Shown: positions 20,019 through 29,101, numbered from the stretch's first letter. The stretch is DNA of 64,000 bases from an uncultured Flavobacteriales bacterium (GCA_913031595.1 CAJWCP010000001.1:4782-68781); one strand, 5' to 3'. Notes: generated from the letters alone by a model not told the origin. Translations and numbers: made by a program.

Positions 20019-20044
20019 TTTGTTTTGTTTTTACGATTAGATAG

Positions 20045-20052
20045 CAAATATA
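20045..20052 (-). promoter_or_regulatory. -7 promoter element TATATTTG for the Cys/Lys-rich gene
   Basis: Reverse complement of caaatata, lying 26 nt upstream of the ATG at 20018. Confidence 0.4.
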
Positions 20053-20064
20053 CTAATTATATAT

Positions 20065-20784
20065 TTAATATATACCTATAATAGTTTGACCTCCAGTTAC
20101 TTTTTGATTTAGCTGAATATTGATTTTTGTATTTAGTGGTAGAAAGATATCTACTCGTGAACCAAATTTAATAAATCCTAATTCATTAGAAACTTCTGCT
20201 TCTTTTTGGACATATGAATAATTAATAATTCTTCTTGCTAGAGCTCCAGCAATTTGTTTTACTAGAATACTTATTTTTTTATTTTCAATAACCACCGAGC
20301 AATGTTCATTGTCAGTAGAGGCTTTTGGTTGCCAAGCAAAAAAGAATTTCCCTGGATGATATTTCTTGTAGATAATTTTTCCGCTAATAGGGTATAGGTT
20401 ATTATGAATGTTTAATGGCGACATAAAGATAGAGATCTGCGTTCTTTTTTCATTATAGAACTCCTTTTCTTCTGTTTCTTCAATTACAACCACCTTTCCA
20501 TCACATGGAGCATATATAAAACCTTCTTTTTTTTCAAATTTCCTTTTAGGTACTCTAAAGAATAATACTATCATTATCCATATAGAGAATGTGCTAATTC
20601 TAATAATTTTTTCTACTAGCTCTCCATATGAATCTATACTTAAGAAAAACCATACTATTGCAAATAGTATAAATACGGTGAAGATGGTTTTTCTACCTTC
20701 TTTGTGTATATCTACTTCACTATATTCTTCTATGAATTTATTTAATATTTTATCAAAATCAGAAAGTTTTTGCATTAAATTCAT
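20065..20784 (-). CDS. psd: Phosphatidylserine decarboxylase proenzyme
   Basis: 239 aa with an N-terminal membrane segment and C-terminal FGSRVD (Gly-Ser self-cleavage site). Confidence 0.85.
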   Translation of the reverse strand: MNLMQKLSDFDKILNKFIEEYSEVDIHKEGRKTIFTVFILFAIVWFFLSIDSYGELVEKIIRISTFSIWIMIVLFFRVPKRKFEKKEGFIYAPCDGKVVVIEETEEKEFYNEKRTQISIFMSPLNIHNNLYPISGKIIYKKYHPGKFFFAWQPKASTDNEHCSVVIENKKISILVKQIAGALARRIINYSYVQKEAEVSNELGFIKFGSRVDIFLPLNTKINIQLNQKVTGGQTIIGIY

Positions 20785-21389
20785 TAAATGGTATTTTGTA
20801 GTTTAAGAAAATATATAATGGGTATAGTTATTGTCAAAGCATCTATTCTGTCCAATAATCCTCCATGTCCTGGTATTAAATTTCCAGAGTCTTTTACTTT
20901 TGCTTGTCTTTTATAATAAGATTCTATAAAATCACCTAAAGTTGCTGTGATAGGTATTATAAAAGCAAACCAGAAATTAATAGAGTAAGAAAGATGCGTG
21001 TTTAGGATATATGTTATTAATATGGTACAAACATATCCTCCAAAGAATCCTTCCCATGATTTTTTAGGAGAAATAGATGTTTTTATTTTATTTTTCCCAA
21101 ATTTAATTCCTAATAGATAGGCAAATGTGTCAAACGTCCAAGTAAGGATAAATATTGTCAATACTGTCTCTTGATTTAAAAGATGTACTATAGAGAAAGG
21201 GAGAAGAAGATAAATGAAAGGAAATAATTTATTCTTTTCTTTTCTCAATTTCCACATTTCATATGCTGAAAGGCATAGAATTAGTATAAAAAGACTATGG
21301 AAAGATACTTTTGATAATGATGTGCAAAACCACATAATGATCACATATATAATCCCAGATATTAATCTTTTAGATTTAGTATTCGTCAT
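20784..21389 (-). CDS. cdsA: Phosphatidate cytidylyltransferase
   Basis: 201 aa, multi-TM, with CDS signature SYYKRQAKVKDSGNLIPGHGGLLDRIDAL. Confidence 0.8.
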   Translation of the reverse strand: MTNTKSKRLISGIIYVIIMWFCTSLSKVSFHSLFILILCLSAYEMWKLRKEKNKLFPFIYLLLPFSIVHLLNQETVLTIFILTWTFDTFAYLLGIKFGKNKIKTSISPKKSWEGFFGGYVCTILITYILNTHLSYSINFWFAFIIPITATLGDFIESYYKRQAKVKDSGNLIPGHGGLLDRIDALTITIPIIYFLKLQNTI

Positions 21390-21588
21390 TGATCTTTTCT
21401 ATTGCTTTTAAAGCTTCTTCTTTATCTTTTGAATTAATGTGTAAATTAATTGTTCCAAACATTAAATATGATGAGTCTTGCTGGTTTATAACTACTGACC
21501 TGATTTTTTTTTCAGAAAGAACATGCTGAATTATTTCTATTTTCACAGGGTCAGTTGAACTATAGATGTTAATCCAATCTTTTTCCAT
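21376..21588 (-). CDS. Small conserved protein, DUF2007-like
   Basis: 70 aa lying between ftsH and cdsA. The pattern IYSSTDPVKIEIIQHVLSEKKI resembles DUF2007. Low certainty. Confidence 0.4.
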   Translation of the reverse strand: MEKDWINIYSSTDPVKIEIIQHVLSEKKIRSVVINQQDSSYLMFGTINLHINSKDKEEALKAIEKINDEY

Positions 21589-21599
21589 TTTTATTTATA

Positions 21600-23585
21600 T
21601 TAGGATTCAGAGTGACTAGAATTAGTTTTTTTCTTTTTTTCTTGATCTATACTTAATAGTTTTTCTTCATCATATGATTTCCATTTTCTTTCTCCAAATA
21701 TTTTAATTAAGTCATCTTTAAAAATAACCTCTTTTTCTAATAGTTGTTTGCTTAATTTTTCAACTTTACTTTTGTTTTTCTTTAATATTTCTTTTGCTCT
21801 TTTGTATTGTGTTTCTAATATCTCACTTACTTCCTTGTCAATTAATTCTGCTCTATTTTCAGAATAAGGTTTTGTAAAGCCAGCTTGTTGTCCTGAAGAG
21901 TCATAGTAAGATATGTTTCCAACTTTAGAGCTTAATCCATAAATGCTTACCATGGCATAAGCTTGTTTTGTTACCTTTTCTAGATCGCTTAATGCTCCGG
22001 TTGAAATTTTATTAAAGAAGAGTTCTTCAGCAGCTCTTCCCCCCATTGCAGAGCAAATTTCATCTAACATTTGCTGTGTAGTTGTTAATTGTCTTTCCTC
22101 TGGAAGGTACCATGCAGCGCCTAACGATCTTCCTCTTGGAACTATAGTTACTTTAATTAACGGTGATGCATATTCTAGCATCCAACTTACAGTGGCATGT
22201 CCTGCTTCGTGAAAGGCGATTGTTTTTTTCTCATTAGGAGAAATAATTTTAGATTTTTTCTCTAAACCTCCTACAATTCTATCTACTGCATCTAAGAAGT
22301 CTTGTTTTCCTACTCCTTTTTTTGATTTACGAGCTGCAATTAATGCTGCTTCATTGCAAACATTTGCGATATCAGCACCTGAAAATCCAGGAGTTTGTCT
22401 TGCTAGGAAATTTACATCTACTTCTTTAGTAACTTTTATTGGTTTTAAATGTACATTGAATATCGCCTTTCTTTCAATTAAATCAGGTAGATCTACAAAT
22501 ATTTGCCTATCAAATCTTCCAGCTCTAGTTAAGGCTTTATCTAATATATCTGCTCTATTAGTAGCTGCCATTACTATAACTCCAGAATTAGTGCCAAAAC
22601 CATCCATTTCTGTTAATAATTGGTTTAGCGTATTTTCTCTTTCATCATTACTTCCAGTCATAGCATTTTTTCCTCTTGCTCTTCCTATAGCATCAATTTC
22701 ATCTATAAAAATAATTGCAGGGGATTTTTCTTTAGCTTGTTTAAATAAATCACGTACTCTACTTGCTCCTACACCTACAAACATTTCTACAAAATCTGAG
22801 CCAGATAAAGAAAAGAATGGAACCTTAGCTTCTCCGGCAACCGCTTTTGCAAGTAATGTTTTTCCAGTACCTGGAGGTCCAATTAACATAGCTCCTCTTG
22901 GAATCTTACCTCCTAATTTTGTGTATTTATCAGGGGCTTTTAAGAATTCTACAATTTCTGTTATTTCTTCTTTTGCACCTTCTAGACCTGCAACATCTTT
23001 AAATGTTATTTTTATATCTGATTTATCAACTAATTTACCTTGTGTTTTTCCTATACTGAATATTTGTCCTCCTGCTCCTCCTGCTCCTCCACTCATTCTT
23101 TTCATGATAAATATCCATATTGCCACAAAAAACAGTAAAGGTAATACCCAGCTTAGAATATCGCCAAATACATCTTTTCTGGTATCTGGTATTAGAGTAA
23201 TTCTTTCTTCTTTTTCCCAGTCTTTTTGAGCTTCCTTAAGATCTTTTTTAAAATCCTCAAAAGAACCAACTTCAAAATAATAGTGAGGGCCTTCATTTGG
23301 CAGGTCTCCAATTAATTTTTTGCTTACTTCTCGAAATTCTTCTTCAGACAAGTGTTGTTCTTTTATATATACATATGCTTTCTTGTCATTTACAACAATG
23401 ACTTTATCTACCTTTCTTGTTTGAAGCATTCGTTGTTCAAACTCCTTTTGGTTAGTTTCTTTTGCTGTATCTACTCCTGTAAATTGCACTCCTAGAAATA
23501 CAATAAATATAAATGCGTAAATCCAATAAATCTTAAATTTAAATCCTTTTGGTCCTTTATTCTTTTTATTCATTTCTTTTAACAA
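21600..23585 (-). CDS. ftsH: ATP-dependent zinc metalloprotease FtsH
   Basis: 661 aa with two TM segments, Walker A GPPGTGKT, Walker B IIFIDEID and zinc motif HEAGH. Confidence 0.95.
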   Translation of the reverse strand: MLKEMNKKNKGPKGFKFKIYWIYAFIFIVFLGVQFTGVDTAKETNQKEFEQRMLQTRKVDKVIVVNDKKAYVYIKEQHLSEEEFREVSKKLIGDLPNEGPHYYFEVGSFEDFKKDLKEAQKDWEKEERITLIPDTRKDVFGDILSWVLPLLFFVAIWIFIMKRMSGGAGGAGGQIFSIGKTQGKLVDKSDIKITFKDVAGLEGAKEEITEIVEFLKAPDKYTKLGGKIPRGAMLIGPPGTGKTLLAKAVAGEAKVPFFSLSGSDFVEMFVGVGASRVRDLFKQAKEKSPAIIFIDEIDAIGRARGKNAMTGSNDERENTLNQLLTEMDGFGTNSGVIVMAATNRADILDKALTRAGRFDRQIFVDLPDLIERKAIFNVHLKPIKVTKEVDVNFLARQTPGFSGADIANVCNEAALIAARKSKKGVGKQDFLDAVDRIVGGLEKKSKIISPNEKKTIAFHEAGHATVSWMLEYASPLIKVTIVPRGRSLGAAWYLPEERQLTTTQQMLDEICSAMGGRAAEELFFNKISTGALSDLEKVTKQAYAMVSIYGLSSKVGNISYYDSSGQQAGFTKPYSENRAELIDKEVSEILETQYKRAKEILKKNKSKVEKLSKQLLEKEVIFKDDLIKIFGERKWKSYDEEKLLSIDQEKKKKTNSSHSES

Positions 23586-23947
23586 GCTTTATAATTTCTA
23601 AAATTTGCATCTCCCCATAATTCCTCTATATTGTAGAATTTTCTAATTTCTTCTTGGAATATATGTATTACTATATCTAAATAATCTATTAATATCCATT
23701 CTCCAACTCTATTCCCCTCTATACTAAAAGGTTTCTCTCCTATACTCTTTGAAACATGTTTTGTAATATTATTTTCAATTGCATTTGTATGAGTGTTTGA
23801 TGTACCTGTGCAAACTATAAAGTAGTCACATATTGCAGAATCTATTTTTCGCAAATCTAGTGATATAATCTCTTTTCCCTTCACATCTTGTATTGCAGTT
23901 ATAATATTTTCGAGTAGAATATCAGTATTATTAATTTTTTTCGCCAT
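23579..23947 (-). CDS. rsfS: Ribosome silencing factor RsfS
   Basis: The start is placed at MAKKINNTD. The -7 box at 23970-23977 lies inside the longer ORF-track version, which argues for the shorter start. Confidence 0.85.
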   Translation of the reverse strand: MAKKINNTDILLENIITAIQDVKGKEIISLDLRKIDSAICDYFIVCTGTSNTHTNAIENNITKHVSKSIGEKPFSIEGNRVGEWILIDYLDIVIHIFQEEIRKFYNIEELWGDANFRNYKAC

Positions 23948-23969
23948 ATATGTTTTAGATTTGCGTCTG

Positions 23970-23977
23970 CAAAAATA
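23970..23977 (-). promoter_or_regulatory. -7 promoter element TATTTTTG for the rsfS-ftsH-cdsA-psd operon
   Basis: Reverse complement of caaaaata, lying 22 nt upstream of the ATG at 23947. Confidence 0.4.
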
Positions 23978-24017
23978 CATTTTTATAACAATAAAATCTG
24001 ATTAATAAGAACCTGAT

Positions 24018-24743
24018 TTGTTTAATAAGAATCATATAAAGTTTCAATCTCTTAAGTCAACTAATGAATTTGCACTTTCTTTAAAGGGTATGCCTGTATT
24101 TTCAGAGGGATTATTAGTAACTACAGATCATCAGTCAAAGGGCAAAGGACAGTTAGGGAGCACCTGGGATAGTGCCTCAGGCTTAAACATTTTGCTAAGT
24201 GTAGTTATAGAACCAAAAATTTTATTGAATAGACAGTTTGATATAAATAAGATTGTTACATTGGCTATTTATGATTTTTTAACAAGTTTTTCTTCTAATA
24301 TTAGTGTGAAGTGGCCAAATGATATTTTATTAGATAAAAAAAAGATTGCGGGTGTTTTGATTGAGAATATAGTTGCTAATAATATAATTTCATATTCAGT
24401 TATTGGTATTGGGTTAAATGTTAATCAGCTTCATTTTCAGTCGTTTTCTATTCCTGCTACTTCACTTTCTTTACATTTAGGAGGTCAACAAGATCTTCTT
24501 TCTCTTAGAGAAGTGCTTTTAGATAAGCTTACACAAAGAATCATTTCTTACAGAAAAGGAAAAGATTTAGATTTAGAATATCATAATGCTCTTTTCTTAA
24601 GAGATGAAAAAGCTAGTTTTGTTTTTAAAGATAGAGAGTTTACTGGTATAATAAGAGGAGTAAGTAAAAAAGGACTATTGCAAGTTGAGGTGATGAGAGA
24701 GTTACGAGAGTTTAATATGAAGGAAATACAGTTTATCTTTTAA
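24018..24743 (+). CDS. birA: Biotin--[acetyl-CoA-carboxylase] ligase
   Basis: 241 aa with a TTG start (in-frame stop at 24006-24008, no upstream ATG). It has the biotin loop QSKGKGQLGSTW and KWPNDI motif. Confidence 0.75.
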   Translation: MFNKNHIKFQSLKSTNEFALSLKGMPVFSEGLLVTTDHQSKGKGQLGSTWDSASGLNILLSVVIEPKILLNRQFDINKIVTLAIYDFLTSFSSNISVKWPNDILLDKKKIAGVLIENIVANNIISYSVIGIGLNVNQLHFQSFSIPATSLSLHLGGQQDLLSLREVLLDKLTQRIISYRKGKDLDLEYHNALFLRDEKASFVFKDREFTGIIRGVSKKGLLQVEVMRELREFNMKEIQFIF

Positions 24744-25129
24744 ATACTCTTCATTTGAGAGGCTACTTCTTCTAGAAATTCTGTTAATGGCGTTTCAACC
24801 ATCATTCTCATCATCATATTTAATTCTGCGTTTATTTCTAATTTAGCTTGACATTTGTTGCCTTTTTCTTTTATAAGACAGTCTAAAGAGAAAGGTATTT
24901 GACTTTCTTCTGCTATTAGTGATATTTTTGAGTAAGGAATTTTTTCTTTTAATATAAGTTTAACTCTAGGAAGATCTTCCATTTTAAAAGAGCACGTTGT
25001 TTCTGTGCTTTTAAATCCTTTGATAGAATCAGGCATTAGATCTTTTAAATTATTCAAATCTTGAATTTTATTAAATAATTCTTTTGCTGTCTTGTTGATT
25101 GTTACATTTGGAGATTTAAATTTTGCCAT
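24740..25129 (-). CDS. Hypothetical protein, SRPBCC-like
   Basis: 129 aa lying downstream of pyrE. The fold assignment is only a guess from size and pattern. Confidence 0.35.
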   Translation of the reverse strand: MAKFKSPNVTINKTAKELFNKIQDLNNLKDLMPDSIKGFKSTETTCSFKMEDLPRVKLILKEKIPYSKISLIAEESQIPFSLDCLIKEKGNKCQAKLEINAELNMMMRMMVETPLTEFLEEVASQMKSI

Positions 25130-25132
25130 AGT

Positions 25133-25774
25133 TTATTTTTTCCACTTTGAAGGATTCTCTCTCCATTTTTCTAATATTGGCAGATCTTTTTCTTCAATAT
25201 ATTGTTGCTCAATTGCTTGAGGAAGTAGTGTGTTATAGTCACATAGAGAAAGATATTCAGAGTTAGCTTTTTTGAAATTTTCTTTTGCCTTGTCAAATCC
25301 ATACGTAAAGATAGAAGCTATTCCTTTAACATTCATACCCACATCTTGTAATACTTTCGCTGTTTCAATACTACTCTTTCCACTGCTTATTAGATCTTCA
25401 ATTAACACTACAGATTGCCCTTCTTCAAAATAACCTTCTATTTGATTCTTTTTTCCATGACTCTTTGCTTTTGCACGAACATAAATGAAAGGTAATCCAA
25501 GTTCTTCTGCTACTAGTGCCCCATGAGGGATTCCTGCAGTGGCAACACCTGCAATTACATTTGCACTTTTATAATGATTCTTTACAATAGCTGATAATCC
25601 TTGTCTTATATAATTTCTTATGTCAGGGTAAGAAAGAGTCTTTCTATTATCACAGTAGATTGGAGAGTTCCATCCAGCAGCCCATTTAAAAGGATTATTA
25701 GGTTGTAAAATAATTGCGTTTATTTGCAGTAATGATTTAGCAACTTGTTTGGCAATATCAATATCATAGATCAT
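25133..25774 (-). CDS. pyrE: Orotate phosphoribosyltransferase
   Basis: 213 aa with PRPP-binding loop VVLIEDLISSGKS. Confidence 0.9.
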   Translation of the reverse strand: MIYDIDIAKQVAKSLLQINAIILQPNNPFKWAAGWNSPIYCDNRKTLSYPDIRNYIRQGLSAIVKNHYKSANVIAGVATAGIPHGALVAEELGLPFIYVRAKAKSHGKKNQIEGYFEEGQSVVLIEDLISSGKSSIETAKVLQDVGMNVKGIASIFTYGFDKAKENFKKANSEYLSLCDYNTLLPQAIEQQYIEEKDLPILEKWRENPSKWKK

Positions 25775-26252
25775 GTCACAAAAATATAAAGTTTACATTA
25801 ATAATAAGCCAAAAATCATTATTGATAATTGGGATGTTTTTTGCTCTTCTTATACACTGATAGAAGCTGCTGGTGGAATTGTTTATAATAATGAAGGTAA
25901 GCTTTTAATGATTTTTAGAAATGGCAAATGGGACTTACCAAAAGGTAAGATAGAGAAAGGAGAAGATATTCGTGCATGTGCAATTAGAGAGGTAGAGGAA
26001 GAGTGTGGAATTAGTGGCTTAGAAATAATCAGCTCTTTAGAACAAACTTATCATACATACATGCAGGATGGAAAGGAGATATTAAAACGTACTTATTGGT
26101 TTAAGATGTGTTGTGATTTTAAAGGGAAATTAACTCCTCAAAAAGAAGAAGGTATTATGGAGGCTGTATGGTTTGATAAAGATGATGTAGAAGAAAAAAT
26201 ACAGAATACTTTTGAGAATATTAAACAGTTATTGATCGATGAGTTACATTAG
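25773..26252 (+). CDS. NUDIX hydrolase
   Basis: 159 aa with Nudix box GKIEKGEDIRACAIREVEEECGI. Confidence 0.8.
   Translation: MSQKYKVYINNKPKIIIDNWDVFCSSYTLIEAAGGIVYNNEGKLLMIFRNGKWDLPKGKIEKGEDIRACAIREVEEECGISGLEIISSLEQTYHTYMQDGKEILKRTYWFKMCCDFKGKLTPQKEEGIMEAVWFDKDDVEEKIQNTFENIKQLLIDELH
25779..25786 (-). promoter_or_regulatory. -7 promoter element TATTTTTG, 4 nt upstream of the pyrE ATG, located inside the NUDIX coding sequence
   Basis: The minus strand reads TATTTTTG-TGAC-ATG. Confidence 0.4.
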
Positions 26253-28086
26253 ATATATTATTCACTTTATATTATTTTGGTTAATTTACTTTTTAGTTAA
26301 TCGAATTCTTTTTGTCTTATTTTTTATTCCAGAGGTTTCATCTTCTAATTTCTTTGAGGTTATACGAATAATACCTAATAGTCTTGCTTTAGATATATCT
26401 TTTCTGAGTTATATGTTATCTATTATCTGTATTATATTATGGTTAGGTTTATTTATCAAACCCAAGAGATTTATGCAGAATATTATTTACTTTTTTACTG
26501 TATTCATGTTATTTCTTTCTTCTATTATTGCTGGTGGAGAAGTTGCTCTTTACTCAGAATGGAATACTAAACTTAATTTTAAGGCTCTTTCTCATCTTTC
26601 TGCTCCTTCTGAGGTTTTTCAGACAGCTAGCATGAAACATTTCTTTATTCTTTTTATCTTTTTAGTGGGCACATCATTTTTTATTTTTCTTTATAAGAAA
26701 AAGGTTCATATCCTTCTTAAGGATCAATCCTCTATTAGTGTTATTAAGAGATTTTTTGTACTTCCTTTATTTTTAGGTCTTTTATTTATTGGTGCTAGGG
26801 GAGGTTTACAAGCGATTCCAATTAATCTTAGTGATGCTTATTTTTCTAATAATATTATTTTAAATGATATTGCCGTAAATTCTAATTGGAATATTATACA
26901 GAGTTTTTTAAAAAACAGTAGAAATCTCGAAGGTAATCCTTATCAAAAACACTCAGATCAAGATGCTCTTGATTTTATGAATAACATTAATACTTCTAGT
27001 GGAGACAGTGTAGATTTAGTCCTTACTAATAAAAAACCAAATCTTGTTTTTATTCTTTTAGAAAGTTGGAGTGCAGATAATATTGAAAGTCTAGAGGGCT
27101 TGGAAGGTATTACACCTAACTTTCGTTCTCTTGAAAAAGAAGGCCTTTTATTTACTGATTTTTATTCTAATGGATGGACTTCTGATCAGTCGGTTAGTTC
27201 TATTTTCTCTTCTTTTCCTGTTTTTCCTTATGTAGCTATTATTAATCAGGCAGATAAATCTAGGAGACTACCTTGTTTAAACCGTTCTTTAGATGCTTAT
27301 CATTCTTCTTTCTTTTTTGGTGGTCAACTTACCTATGGTAATATTAAAGGTTATTTACTCTCACAAGGATTTGATCTAGTAAAAGATAAGAATGATTATA
27401 AGGATTTACCATCTGGTAGATTAGGAGTTCATGATCAGTATATGTTTAACCAGTTTAAAAAAGAAATAGGACAACTTCCTGAACCTTTTTTAACTACTCT
27501 CTTTACCTTGAGTTCTCATTCTCCATATGATTTCCCAGCAGAGCATAAGTTAAGCTTTGATAGTAAACATGATCAGTACGTAAATTCGGTTGCTTATACA
27601 GATAAATGTTTAGGTGAATTTATGCAGAGTGTTAAAGAAGAAGATTGGTATGATAATACTCTTTTTATTATTGTCGCTGATCATAGTCATAGTTCTCCAA
27701 TTAAAAGGAGAATAGCACAAAAAGAAAGATATAAAATTCCTATGCTTTGGATAGGAGAGGTGTTAAAGGAAGAGTTTAGAGGTGAACATCATTCTAGAAT
27801 GGGGTCTCAACTTGATTTAACTCCCTCTATACTTTCTCAATTAAATATGAGTCATTCTGATTATATTTTTGGGAATGATTTATTTAATTGTCAAAATGAT
27901 GTTTTCATTCCTTATGCTTTTCATAAAGGGTATGGTCTTATAAGTGAGAATGGTTATTATGCTTTTTCTGAAACATATAATAAGATCATAGAGAGTCATC
28001 CAAAAGACAGGGTTTCTAAATCACATATCCAGAAAGAGGCAGAATTATATTTTCAAATAGCCTTTCAAAAGTATTTAGATTTATAG
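26239..28086 (+). CDS. LTA-synthase/sulfatase-family membrane protein (alkaline phosphatase superfamily)
   Basis: 615 aa with N-terminal multi-TM region and an extracytoplasmic sulfatase-like domain (FILLESWSAD, SSHSPYD, IIVADHSH). Confidence 0.75.
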   Translation: MSYIRYIIHFILFWLIYFLVNRILFVLFFIPEVSSSNFFEVIRIIPNSLALDISFLSYMLSIICIILWLGLFIKPKRFMQNIIYFFTVFMLFLSSIIAGGEVALYSEWNTKLNFKALSHLSAPSEVFQTASMKHFFILFIFLVGTSFFIFLYKKKVHILLKDQSSISVIKRFFVLPLFLGLLFIGARGGLQAIPINLSDAYFSNNIILNDIAVNSNWNIIQSFLKNSRNLEGNPYQKHSDQDALDFMNNINTSSGDSVDLVLTNKKPNLVFILLESWSADNIESLEGLEGITPNFRSLEKEGLLFTDFYSNGWTSDQSVSSIFSSFPVFPYVAIINQADKSRRLPCLNRSLDAYHSSFFFGGQLTYGNIKGYLLSQGFDLVKDKNDYKDLPSGRLGVHDQYMFNQFKKEIGQLPEPFLTTLFTLSSHSPYDFPAEHKLSFDSKHDQYVNSVAYTDKCLGEFMQSVKEEDWYDNTLFIIVADHSHSSPIKRRIAQKERYKIPMLWIGEVLKEEFRGEHHSRMGSQLDLTPSILSQLNMSHSDYIFGNDLFNCQNDVFIPYAFHKGYGLISENGYYAFSETYNKIIESHPKDRVSKSHIQKEAELYFQIAFQKYLDL

Positions 28087-28093
28087 TTTTTTT

Positions 28094-29101
28094 TTAATCT
28101 AACCTAAAATTAATAGGAACAGTATAGCCCACTCTAACTGGTTTTCCGAGTTGTGTCCCTGGAGTAAAATTAGGCATTGAGCTAACTACTCTTAAGGCTT
28201 CCTCATCTAAACTTTTATCGATACCTCTTAGCAGTTTTACGTCTCCTACGCTTCCATCTTTTTCTATAACACACTGAACAAATACTCTGCCTGTTATATT
28301 GTATTCTTTTGCAAGTGGAGGATATTTTACATTTCTCATAATAAATTTCATTATTTCTAAAGTTGTACATTCACTATCAGAACATCCTTGAAATAAAGGC
28401 ATATTTTCAACCATCATGAAGATCTCTTCATCGTCCTCTTCTTCTATATAAATCATTTCCTCTTCATCTGTTTCCACATCTTCTATTTCTATTTCATCCT
28501 CAATTTCTACATCATCTTCGACAATTTCAATTAATTCTGGTGGGGGTGGAGGTGGAGGTGGAGGTTTTATTTCCATTTCTTCTTTCCATCTTTGTAATAC
28601 TTCATCTCGCATTAAACAGATAAATCGATCATTTTCGCTATGACCTGCTAATTCAGATCTTCCACGTCTTTTAGTTATATATGCAAGTATTTTTTGATCA
28701 GTTTCTCTAGATCCTTCTGAATGAATTAGAAAAACTGGAGCTCCAACAGTCCGAAGAGCAATGTCTACTGCTTCATAAACAGATTCTTCACCAAAATCAC
28801 CATTACACATTATTTGATCGGCCGCATTAATTGTTATGTGCACGAATTTATTATCTTCTGGTTCTCCGGATGATAATATATCTTCAATAGCCTCAGGATC
28901 ATTAAAGAAAAGATCACAAACATCTTCATATTGATAATTTTCATTTTCTTTCTCATTAGTAATGGGCTCTTCTTTTATTTCTGTTTCTCCTTTTGTATCT
29001 TGACTAGGTATTAGATTTTTGAAATTAGAGAGTATATCATCTACATTGTTGCATCCTGCAAATAAGAAAATAGTTAAAATAAGTATTGATATTTTTTTCA
29101 T
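28094..29101 (-). CDS. Lipoprotein with TonB C-terminal domain (Pro9 + acidic linker)
   Basis: 335 aa with lipobox LFAGC. It has nine consecutive Pro codons (28538-28564) and an acidic EIED-type stretch. The C-terminus is TonB-like (YPPLAKEYNITGRVFVQCVIEKDGSV...VPINF). Confidence 0.7.
   Translation of the reverse strand: MKKISILILTIFLFAGCNNVDDILSNFKNLIPSQDTKGETEIKEEPITNEKENENYQYEDVCDLFFNDPEAIEDILSSGEPEDNKFVHITINAADQIMCNGDFGEESVYEAVDIALRTVGAPVFLIHSEGSRETDQKILAYITKRRGRSELAGHSENDRFICLMRDEVLQRWKEEMEIKPPPPPPPPPELIEIVEDDVEIEDEIEIEDVETDEEEMIYIEEEDDEEIFMMVENMPLFQGCSDSECTTLEIMKFIMRNVKYPPLAKEYNITGRVFVQCVIEKDGSVGDVKLLRGIDKSLDEEALRVVSSMPNFTPGTQLGKPVRVGYTVPINFRLD

Noticed and set aside
19580-20040. Alternative ORFs at the Cys-rich locus: 19580-19843 minus, 19732-20040 plus and 19468-19692 plus.
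   Set aside because: These are by-products of the repetitive AAG/AAA/TGT-rich sequence. Only the 19584-20018 minus frame has a signal peptide, a correctly oriented -7 box and a downstream terminator.
22354-23229. A 291-aa ORF on the plus strand.
   Set aside because: It lies entirely antisense to the strongly recognisable ftsH AAA+ domain. Its low-complexity composition is typical of a shadow ORF.
28538-28564. A G-rich (TGG/AGG)n tract that could be a G-quadruplex or a phase-variation repeat.
   Set aside because: It is simply nine in-frame proline codons of a TonB-type Pro-rich linker. I cannot show length variation from a single sequence, so I mention it only within the TonB finding.
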